Shown here: one piece after another, positions 28,943-36,496 of the stretch
Position numbering within the stretch: the first letter of the stretch is position 1
Layout: every line of letters starts with the position of its first letter
From: an uncultured Rhodobacteraceae bacterium
Lineage (GTDB): Bacteria; Pseudomonadota; Alphaproteobacteria; Rhizobiales; Rhizobiaceae
Direction of reading: 5' to 3'
DNA: 39,585 bases
Assembly: GCA_937873685.1 (NCBI GenBank)
Contig: CALMYO010000293.1
Coordinates: 1-39,585, forward strand
The notes under the pieces: generated by a model
The model's database searches: none
What the model was told of the DNA's origin: nothing
What the model saw: the letters and a program-made list of their open reading frames with translations, nothing else
Position numbers and translations under genes: made by a program

Positions 28943-29826
28943 GTCACGAACTCCTCTCGCCGATAGCCTTGCAGATAGAGCAGGGCGGTGAGATCTCCAT
29001 GGTCGATGCGCAGGCGCGCCCGCGCCGCTACCGCCGGCTTGGCGTGCAACGCAACGCCGGCGCCGGCATGCGCCAGCATCGGCAGGTCGTTGGCGCCGTC
29101 GCCGACCGCGATCGACGCGCAGAGCGGAACGCAAAGCCGCATGCAGATCGACTCCAGCGCCCTGACCTTGGCGTCGCCTCCCAGAATCGGCTCGGCCACC
29201 TCGCCAGTCAGAACCCCGTTTTCGCTCAACAGCACATTGGCCTGGTGCTCGTCGAAGCCCAGCATCGCCGCCACCGGCCCGGTGAATGCGGTGAAGCCCC
29301 CCGACACCAGCGCGGCGTGGCCGCCGAATGCGCGCATCGTCGCCACGAGCTGGCGCCCGCCTGGCGCAAGGGCGATGCGCCTTTCCAGCACCTCGTCGAT
29401 TACTGCGACGTCGAGGCCTTTGAGCAGTGCGACCCGTTCCCGCAGCGCAGGCTCGAAAGCGATTTCGCCGTTCATGGCGCGCGCGGTGATCGCCGCGACA
29501 TGATCCTTCAGCCCGATTTCCGCCGCCAGTTCATCGATACACTCCTGGCGGATCATGGTGGAATCCATGTCGGCGACCAGCACCGACTTGCGCCGCGCCG
29601 CCGTTTCCTGCACCACCACGTCGAGAGGCTTGCCGCGTACTGCAGCGCGCAGGCGCTCTTCGGCCTGTTCGGCGATGAGATAGGACGGCAATTCGATGTC
29701 GCAGGCGATACCTTGCGCAAGCCAGTCGATGAAGCCGCTTTCGACCACGGCGGCGGCGTGGACTGCAGTGGGCGGGTCGAGCGCCGGATCGTCCGGTGAA
29801 GCGATGAGCGTGGCGACGAGCGACAT
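28939..29826 (-). CDS. serB: Phosphoserine phosphatase SerB (HAD superfamily)
   Basis: HAD motif I VLVADMDSTMI, motif II ...SGGF..., motif III KGD...GDGANDLPML. 295 aa. Confidence 0.85.
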   Translation of the reverse strand: MSLVATLIASPDDPALDPPTAVHAAAVVESGFIDWLAQGIACDIELPSYLIAEQAEERLRAAVRGKPLDVVVQETAARRKSVLVADMDSTMIRQECIDELAAEIGLKDHVAAITARAMNGEIAFEPALRERVALLKGLDVAVIDEVLERRIALAPGGRQLVATMRAFGGHAALVSGGFTAFTGPVAAMLGFDEHQANVLLSENGVLTGEVAEPILGGDAKVRALESICMRLCVPLCASIAVGDGANDLPMLAHAGAGVALHAKPAVAARARLRIDHGDLTALLYLQGYRREEFVT

Positions 29827-29847
29827 GGGCGTTCCGGATTATCGACG

Positions 29848-30741
29848 ATGTTCGACAGGCCGATCCTGATAGCCGGGCCAACCGCGAGCGGCAAGTCGGC
29901 GCTGGCGCTTCGCCTTGCGGGCGAGCATGACGCTGTCATCGTCAATGCCGATTCCATGCAGGTCTATGAAGTTCTGGACGTGCTGACAGCCCGGCCGTCT
30001 CCGGCAGACCGCCAACAAGCGCCGCACCATCTCTATGGGCACGTCCCGCCGACCCACTCCTATTCCACAGGACAATGGCTTCGCGATGTCGAGGCGCTGG
30101 CGCAGGATCCGGGCGTCATCGGCCGAACCGTGATTTTCGTTGGCGGAACAGGACTTTATTTTCGCGCCCTGACTCGCGGCCTGAGTCCGATGCCGCCGAT
30201 CGACCCGCAAATCAGGCAGCATTGGCGCATACGGCTGGACAGTGAGGGCGTGGCGGCTATGCACCGCCTCCTCGCCGAACGCGATCCGCCAGTCGCCGCA
30301 GCACTGCGTCCGTCCGATCCGCAGCGAATCCTTCGCGCGCTGGAAGTGCTGGACGCCTCCGGTCGTTCCATCTCCTGGTGGCAGGCGCAGCCGGGCACGC
30401 CACTGGTCGATGCAGGCGCTGCCGAGCGCATGGTGCTTCTACCGCCGCGGCCCTGGCTGCGGGAGCGCGTGGCCGGGCGGTTCCGCGCCATGATCGAGGC
30501 CGGGGCGGTCGATGAAGTCAAACGTCTTCGCGCGCTTCACCCGTCGGCCGATGCGCCCGCCTTGCGCGCCATCGGCGTGCGCGAACTCTCAGCCTGGCTG
30601 GACGGAGAGATGACGCGCGACGAGGCCGTCAAAGCCGCGATTGCAGCCACCAATGCCTATGTGAAAAGGCAGATGACGTGGTTCCGCAACCAGTTGAATC
30701 CCGGATGGCGCGTTGTCGGGCATGCTGGAAATATTCCGTGA
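29848..30741 (+). CDS. miaA: tRNA dimethylallyltransferase
   Basis: PILIAGPTASGKSALALRLA P-loop and DSMQVYEVLDVLTARP motifs. Divergent from serB with only about 21 bp between the two starts. Confidence 0.9.
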   Translation: MFDRPILIAGPTASGKSALALRLAGEHDAVIVNADSMQVYEVLDVLTARPSPADRQQAPHHLYGHVPPTHSYSTGQWLRDVEALAQDPGVIGRTVIFVGGTGLYFRALTRGLSPMPPIDPQIRQHWRIRLDSEGVAAMHRLLAERDPPVAAALRPSDPQRILRALEVLDASGRSISWWQAQPGTPLVDAGAAERMVLLPPRPWLRERVAGRFRAMIEAGAVDEVKRLRALHPSADAPALRAIGVRELSAWLDGEMTRDEAVKAAIAATNAYVKRQMTWFRNQLNPGWRVVGHAGNIP

Positions 30742-30834
30742 GAAACAAGGCTTGGGCGCAAAGGCGGCGCTGCGGTTAACCACACCGTAATCGCCCCCCG
30801 GTAGTATGCTGCAAATTCTTGGTGTCAGGTCTTC

Positions 30835-31626
30835 ATGCGGATCCACAAGTCCGAAGCGGCGTTCATCGTTTTCCAACTCCTGCTCCTTGGGGCGGGGGCG
30901 GTGACCGCTTGGGCCATCAATGTTCTGGACAACCACATCACAGGGCCTCTCACTGCAGTTCAATTGGCCGATGAAGCCATGCTGCAGCGGCTGCTTTATG
31001 CCACCGCCGCCCTGATTGGCGCTTCGGTGATCTTCGGCTTTCTGGTCATCTTTCCGATCCTGCATCGCCAAAATCGCGAACAGGGCAAGCTTCGCGAGAT
31101 GACGCGCAATCTCAGCCAGCGTTCGGAGAATCTCGAACATGCCGCGCTGACGGACGGGCTGACCGGCATGCAGAACCGGCGCTATTTCGACGAGGCGCTG
31201 CGCGAATACCTTGAGGAATTCCGCCGCATCGACAAGCCGATCGGTCTGATGGTCCTCGACCTCGATCATTTCAAGTCCGTCAACGACACCCACGGCCATG
31301 ATGTCGGCGACGAGGTTTTGCGCCGGGTGGCGAACTGCCTGAAGGAATTCACCCGCTACCACGACATTGTCGCCAGATTGGGCGGCGAGGAATTCGCCGT
31401 CGTTGCGCCGAACATGGAACAGGCGTCTCTGGTCAAGCTGGCCGACCGAATTCGCCGCGCTGTCGCGGCGTTGACGATCGAGTCGGGCAATGTGCGCCTC
31501 AAGGTCACCACCAGCGTTGGTCTTGCGATCTGGGACCGCAAGGAGACCAGCGAATCCTTCTACAAGCGCGCCGACAAGGCGCTCTATCAAGCCAAGCGCG
31601 AAGGCCGGAACCGGGTCTGCGCCTAG
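30835..31626 (+). CDS. Membrane-anchored diguanylate cyclase (GGDEF) with intact I-site
   Basis: Two N-terminal TM helices. GGDEF domain RYFDE...DLDHFKSVNDTHGHDVGD...RYHDIVARLGGEEF. RYHD is the RxxD I-site five residues before GGEEF. Confidence 0.85.
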   Translation: MRIHKSEAAFIVFQLLLLGAGAVTAWAINVLDNHITGPLTAVQLADEAMLQRLLYATAALIGASVIFGFLVIFPILHRQNREQGKLREMTRNLSQRSENLEHAALTDGLTGMQNRRYFDEALREYLEEFRRIDKPIGLMVLDLDHFKSVNDTHGHDVGDEVLRRVANCLKEFTRYHDIVARLGGEEFAVVAPNMEQASLVKLADRIRRAVAALTIESGNVRLKVTTSVGLAIWDRKETSESFYKRADKALYQAKREGRNRVCA

Positions 31627-31786
31627 AGCATTGTTCGATCAAATTGAATCGTTTGGACGCCGGGATCTTGTGTCCTGGCAAGAAGCGGAACGCGACGCGG
31701 CGCGAGCACCGCCAGCGTTTCGCGACGATGCCCAAGGCGCAAGATACCAAGTCCAAACGATTCAATTTGATCGAACAACGCTCTAG
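31622..31786. repeat. 36-bp near-perfect inverted repeat (one mismatch) flanking a 93-bp core. Possibly a MITE- or RIME-like palindromic element, or a giant hairpin.
   Basis: 31622-31657 ctagagcattgttcgatcaaattgaatcgtttggac versus the reverse complement of 31751-31786, ctagagcGttgttcgatcaaattgaatcgtttggac. The left arm begins at the GGDEF stop codon TAG. Confidence 0.65.
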
Positions 31787-32287
31787 AAATCAAATAGTTG
31801 CTGGTAGCCCTTCGATTCCGGCATGTGCCCGCAGACCGGCGGCAATGGGGAGCAAATTTCGGAATTGGCCCGCCAGGCTCCTTGTGCGTTTCAAGGCAGA
31901 GGCTTCTTCTGAGGCTTTAGCGCCCTTGTAATTGTATCGGTAAGCCAGACGAATGTGGCCTGGGAAACTGCGGTATAATCGCAGGCTGCGCGGCATGACC
32001 GCGTGATCGAAGCGATGCGCGAGCTGCAATCCGGTCGCCCCTGCAACCAACCTCGCAGTATCCGAGAAAGCTGCTTCGGCGGTTGGCAATCACCAACCGT
32101 ATGAAATGAAAATGGATTGCGGGCGGTGCGCACCACCCATCGGCCTGAAGATCGCTTGTTTGACCGGCAGCGCAGCCCTCCCACAGGGCATTTTGCCGTC
32201 ACAGCCGCAGTGGTGGACAGGACGCTGCGCATCGGGCCGCTTCAGGGGCATGAATGCGCCTGCCTTACCGAGGCCGCGTCCGGCGGA

Positions 32288-34357
32288 TCAGCTGCGGAAG
32301 CGGCGGATCAGGTCGCGGGCGCTGCCGGAAGTCTCCGCTGGCGCGGACGCCGGCGCGGGCGCGCGCGTGGTCGTCAATGCCGGTGGCGGAGCGGACGGGG
32401 TCATCGGCGGCGCGGCCATCTCGGCGCGGCGCTGCGGATTGACGCTTGCCTGCAGTTCGGCATGACGGCGCAGCGCCTGGCTTTGTTCGAAGCGGCCGCC
32501 GGCCTGGTTTGGCGCCGTCGCCTGATCGGAAGGCGCAATGCGCGCCTGCGAAGGCCGCTGTTCGCCGACCACAGCGCCGGGGCGCGGAATCATGCTCTTG
32601 CCGACAACATAATCATCGACGGCGGCGAGCTTGTTCTTCTGGTTGCGCATGCCGCGGATAACGTCTTCCAGGTCTATGCGCGCATTACCGCCGCGCAGGT
32701 CCGCATGCTGCTCGTAGAGCGAGTTGCCCGGCAACTTGTCGGCCGGCACCTTCTCGAATTTCAAACGCATCGGCGTATTGACGCCCTGACCGAAGGCGAT
32801 CGCCTCGCGGTTGGCGAGCGACGAGAGGAAGGCGATGGTGGATTGCGACGAACCGGAAATCGCCTTGCGCATGATTTCCTGGTCGCGATCGTTGCCGAGG
32901 CGCATGGAAAAGAAGGTGTTGCACTGCGAAAGGATGGTCGGGTCGAGTTCGCCCGGCCGCTGTGTGACGATGCCGAGATAGACGCCGTATTTGCGCCCTT
33001 CCTTGGCGATACGGGCGATCGCCGCGCGCGTCGGCTCAAAGCCGGCATTCGGATCGGCGGGTATGTAGCGGTGCGCTTCCTCGCAGACGACGAGCGTCTG
33101 GATCTTGGAATCGGAGAACACCGCAAGATCGAAAGCGATGCGGCACAGCACCGATGCGACCGAATTAACGACTTCCGACGGCACGCCGGAAAGCTGGAAG
33201 GCGGTGATCGGCCTGCCGTTCTGCGGCACACGGTAGATGCGGGCGATCGTGTCGGCGATGGCGTCGCCCATCTGCCGCGTCTGGAACATGAACTTGAATC
33301 GCGGATCGTTGATCGCCGCTTCGATGCGGTTGCGCAGCGCCTTGAGGAAGGGCCGTTCCTCGCGCGTTTCCAGCAATCCCATGCGCTCGTCGATCATCGC
33401 GATCAGGTCGGCGATGCGCCAGGGCATCGGCATGTCGGCGGTGAACGAGGTCTCGTTCGGGTTCGACTTGCGCAGTCCGCGATCGTCCGAACCCTTGTAC
33501 ATGGACATTGCGAGCGGGATCAGGTCGCGCAGCATGTCGACTTCTTCCGGCACGGGCCTGCGCCCGCGGAAGAACACATCGACCAGTTCCTCAAGTTTGA
33601 ACAGCCAGAACGGCAGATCGAGGTCGTCGGAGGTGATGGTGATGGCGAGATCGGGAAAGGCGCAGGCAAATTCGTTGTGTGGATCGAGGATCAGCACACG
33701 CAGATCGGGTCGCGCCTCGCAGATCTTGCGCAGCAGCAGCGTGACGGCTGTCGACTTGCCGACGCCGGTGGTGCCGACCACGGCGAAGTGGCGCGATACC
33801 ATGGAATCGACCGAAACCTTCGCCGGGATTTCATTATTCTGGCTGAGCACGCCGACGGTAATCGCCTTGCTGTCGGAATTTTCATAGATCGCGGTGAGAT
33901 CGGCGAACCGGATGCGATGGGCGACTGCGCCCATGTAGGGATACTGGGAGATGCCGGTGGAGAATTCCAGCTTGTCCGGTCCTGCCGGACGCACCTCGCC
34001 AACCAGTTCAACATGGATGTGAACGACGTTGTCGCCAGTCAGTTCCCATTGAGCGGAAGGCAGGTCGACCTTGTAAAGCAGGCCGATGACGCGGTTTTCG
34101 CCGACCTGGATGGAGATCAGCTGGCCAACCGCCCAGTAGTCGTTCGAGGCTTCGGAATTGACGCCGCCGATCGAGGAGATCGTCGCCTGCGCGCCGTCGC
34201 ATTCGATCACATAGCCTTCAGTGCGATTGCGCTTGAACGCCGCAGCGCCGGAATTCTCCATCTGCGCCCCGGTCAAATCCGTGGCGCCTTGATGGCCCGC
34301 ATCTCCCGCGCCTTGCGCACCCTGATGCGCGCCATCCCCGTCACGATACATGGTCAT
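32288..34357 (-). CDS. HerA/FtsK-family P-loop ATPase (DUF87/HerA-like helicase domain) with low-complexity N- and C-terminal tails
   Basis: HAS-barrel-like N-terminal region; Walker A AVVGTTGVGKST; Walker B region LVVCEEAHRY; GIVTQRPGELD. Pro/Ala-rich C-terminal tail. 689 aa. Confidence 0.8.
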   Translation of the reverse strand: MTMYRDGDGAHQGAQGAGDAGHQGATDLTGAQMENSGAAAFKRNRTEGYVIECDGAQATISSIGGVNSEASNDYWAVGQLISIQVGENRVIGLLYKVDLPSAQWELTGDNVVHIHVELVGEVRPAGPDKLEFSTGISQYPYMGAVAHRIRFADLTAIYENSDSKAITVGVLSQNNEIPAKVSVDSMVSRHFAVVGTTGVGKSTAVTLLLRKICEARPDLRVLILDPHNEFACAFPDLAITITSDDLDLPFWLFKLEELVDVFFRGRRPVPEEVDMLRDLIPLAMSMYKGSDDRGLRKSNPNETSFTADMPMPWRIADLIAMIDERMGLLETREERPFLKALRNRIEAAINDPRFKFMFQTRQMGDAIADTIARIYRVPQNGRPITAFQLSGVPSEVVNSVASVLCRIAFDLAVFSDSKIQTLVVCEEAHRYIPADPNAGFEPTRAAIARIAKEGRKYGVYLGIVTQRPGELDPTILSQCNTFFSMRLGNDRDQEIMRKAISGSSQSTIAFLSSLANREAIAFGQGVNTPMRLKFEKVPADKLPGNSLYEQHADLRGGNARIDLEDVIRGMRNQKNKLAAVDDYVVGKSMIPRPGAVVGEQRPSQARIAPSDQATAPNQAGGRFEQSQALRRHAELQASVNPQRRAEMAAPPMTPSAPPPALTTTRAPAPASAPAETSGSARDLIRRFRS

Positions 34358-34522
34358 GATCCCGAAAACCCGTCTTTAGGTTCCATCAATGCCGGTTTCG
34401 CGGTTAATGGAGCCTTCACCACGCCCGGTTGACGCGGATTGTGGTTAATGGCCGGTGCGCGCGGCCGTTGCCAGCTGGCGTGCTGTGGCGCTTTTGCCAT
34501 AGACGCGGCGGTTGACGCAGGC

Positions 34523-34546
34523 GCGCAACCGTTGCGCCTTGTTTTC
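34523..34546 (+). terminator. Intrinsic-terminator-like hairpin on the plus strand (GCGCAA-ccg-TTGCGC followed by CTTGTTTTC) inside the herA upstream region
   Basis: 6-bp GC-rich stem, 3-nt loop and an interrupted T-run read directly. No plus-strand ORF ends here, so it could terminate a small RNA. Confidence 0.3.
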
Positions 34547-34684
34547 GCCGCGATCGCAGCGTTTCCGGCGCTTCCCGGTCGAAACCCGGAACCCACGTCA
34601 ACGGCAGGAGGTCGTCCAAAGCCCTCCGCCCGTGCGGGCGGCTCTGCCAGTCCCGTATACGGATGGGGTTGCGGAGGTCGGTTT

Positions 34685-34758
34685 GCGCGTGTAGCTCTGG
34701 GGTAGAGCGTCGGGTTGAATGCCCAAAGAAGCGGGTTCGACTCCCGTCATGTGCGCCA
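34685..34758 (+). tRNA. tRNA-like sequence A (74 nt, encoded CCA, anticodon GAA if folded canonically). Atypical: C-A mismatch in the anticodon stem and U37. Possibly a pseudo-tRNA.
   Basis: GCGCGTG-TA-GCTC-TGGGGTA-GAGC-G-TCGGG-TTGAATG-CCCAA-AGAA-GCGGG-TTCGACT-CCCGT-CATGTGC-G-CCA. The acceptor stem pairs 7 of 7 with two G-U pairs, including G3-U70. Confidence 0.4.
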
Positions 34759-34829
34759 TTGGATAGCTCAGTGGGTAGAGCAGCAGCCTGAAACGCTGTT
34801 AGTCGAGGGTTCGAATCCCTCTCCCGGTC
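34757..34829 (+). tRNA. tRNA-like sequence B (Phe-like, anticodon GAA). Canonical D-arm, anticodon arm and T-arm, but no acceptor-stem pairing that I can find by eye; overlaps A by 2 nt.
   Basis: ..TA-GCTC-AGTGGGTA-GAGC-A-GCAGC-CUGAAAC-GCTGT-TAGTC-GAGGG-TTCGAAT-CCCTC-TCCCGGT-C. The 5' seven nt CATTGGA do not pair with TCCCGGT. Confidence 0.4.
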
Positions 34830-35188
34830 GAAAGACCACCACCCTTCTAAGGTGTCCAGAACTGGCGGTCCGGGGACCGGCTTGCGGAAGGATGGAAAGG
34901 CCAAGGCCTGCGGGCGGCGGCCCGACCATCCGGACGCCATGCGCCCGACGCCGGCCGTGGCTGACGGCGGTGACGCCCTTGCGCCGAAACACGCTGTTTT
35001 CGAACGGCGCCGCTCCGCGCATCGGCCTTGCCGCCCGCTCGCCAAGGCCCGCGCGGGTTCGTGCCGCCGGTCCCCGGATCACGAAACCGGCCGGTACTTG
35101 ATACCAGGACGTGAAACGAAGACAAACGAAAGGAGATCGGCCGTGGTGTGAAGCCCGCTGCCGGCAATTCAGGCCTTGGGAGCCGACG

Positions 35189-36337
35189 ATGTTGAAGACC
35201 CTTCTCGACACCCTGATGGGTGTGACCCGTATCCTCATTCGCGAAGACGAGCGTGCGCTGCATCTCGATCGCGGCCAGATCCGCGCCGTGCTGACGGCGG
35301 GCGAGCACCGCCTGCCCAGCCGCGACGGACGGCTGACGATCGAGCGGCACACCCTTGCCCGCCCGGAATTCGCATCGGCCTACGAGAAGGCGTTGTTCGA
35401 CCGGCTGCCGCAGGTCGCAGCCGCTCATCTGACCGTGGTCGAAACCGGGCCGGGAGAGGTCGCGGTGGTGTTGCGCGACGGGCGTTTGCACACGGTGCTC
35501 GCTCCCGAGAAGCGGCAGGCCTGGTGGACGGAGGCCGGCCCGTGGACGGCGCAGGTGATCGACACGCGCGCCTCGCTCAGGGTCGAACCGGAGCTTGCCC
35601 GGCGCATCACCCAGGCTGGCCACGCCAAGATCCTGATCGCGCAGACGGTTGTGGAAGGGCAGCTGTGCCTCCTCTACATCGACGGCGAACTGGTCGAGAC
35701 CCTCAAGCCCGGCGTCCACACGTTCTGGAATGTCGGCAGGCAGGTGCATGCGAAGGTCATCGACATGCGCATGCAGTCGCTCGACGTGGCGGGACAAGAG
35801 GGTCTGACGAAGGATCGCGTCACCATCCGGGTCAACCTCGCCGCCGAGTACAGGGTCGTTGATCCGGTCAAGGCGGCGACGGCGACGAAGGACTTTGCCG
35901 ACGCGTTCTACCGCGCGCTGCAATACGCCTTCCGCAAGGCGCTCGGCGCGATGAGCCTCGACCAGATCCTCGCCGACAAGGCGACGGTCGACGCTGAGGC
36001 GCGCGCAAAGGTCACCGCCGACATGGCTGAGATCGGAATCGAGGTGCTCGACATCACGCTCAAGGACGTGATCCTGCCGGGCGAAATGCGCGAGATCCTC
36101 AACAAAGTCGTCGCAGCCGAGAAGGAGGCGGAAGCCAACGTCATCCGCCGCCGCGAGGAGACCAACGCAACCCGTTCGCTTCTCAACACGGCCAAGGTGA
36201 TGGCCGACAACCCGGTGATGCTGCGCCTCAAGGAACTCGAGGCGCTTGAAACGATTGCCGCCAAGGTGGAATCGATCACCGTGCACAACGGGACCGACGG
36301 GCTGATCAACGATCTCGTGCGTTTGCGCGATCGTTGA
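35189..36337 (+). CDS. SPFH/band-7 (slipin/PHB-like) family protein with a roughly 180-aa N-terminal domain of unknown function. Start at MLKTLLDTL, with GGGAG SD.
   Basis: C-terminal band-7 region GLTKDRVTIRVNLAAEYRVVDP...IGIEVLDITLKDVILPGEMREILNKVVAAEKEAEANVIRRREE. The ORF-track start at 35111 lacks an RBS. GGGAG lies 7 nt before 35189. Confidence 0.8.
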   Translation: MLKTLLDTLMGVTRILIREDERALHLDRGQIRAVLTAGEHRLPSRDGRLTIERHTLARPEFASAYEKALFDRLPQVAAAHLTVVETGPGEVAVVLRDGRLHTVLAPEKRQAWWTEAGPWTAQVIDTRASLRVEPELARRITQAGHAKILIAQTVVEGQLCLLYIDGELVETLKPGVHTFWNVGRQVHAKVIDMRMQSLDVAGQEGLTKDRVTIRVNLAAEYRVVDPVKAATATKDFADAFYRALQYAFRKALGAMSLDQILADKATVDAEARAKVTADMAEIGIEVLDITLKDVILPGEMREILNKVVAAEKEAEANVIRRREETNATRSLLNTAKVMADNPVMLRLKELEALETIAAKVESITVHNGTDGLINDLVRLRDR

Positions 36338-36355
36338 GGGGTCGCTGGAAGACGG

Positions 36356-36390
36356 ACGGCCGGGCGGGCAACCGCCCGGCCGTTCACTTT
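36356..36390 (+). terminator. GC-rich 11-bp stem-loop (ACGGCCGGGCG-ggcaac-CGCCCGGCCGT) plus a weak T-run downstream of the SPFH gene
   Basis: Perfect 11-bp inverted repeat read directly, followed by TCACTTT. Confidence 0.45.
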
Positions 36391-36496
36391 CCATGGTTAA
36401 CAAGGCCTTCTTGCCGACCGGAATTATCGTCGCATTCCGTTACGGAAAATCGAGAACCTTCCGGTAAACAGGTTATCGCGGACGGGAGCCTGTACC

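Noticed and set aside
31505-31931. Two ORFs (minus 86 aa, plus 95 aa) both starting MNRLD...KRFNLIEQ
   Set aside because: Mirror-image translations generated by the 36-bp inverted repeat; not genes.
32117-34432. 771-aa ORF on the plus strand
   Set aside because: Exactly antisense to the HerA-like gene and Arg/Gly/Ala-rich with no motifs. This is a typical shadow ORF in 65% GC DNA.
34715-35101. 128-aa ORF MNAQRSGFDSRHVRHWIAQWVEQQ...
   Set aside because: Classic translation artefact across a tRNA-like sequence (GFDSRHVRHW / VEGSNPSPG pattern).
34847-36403. 518-aa minus-strand ORF
   Set aside because: Antisense to the SPFH gene. Low-complexity Arg/Gly-rich translation with no RBS or homology.
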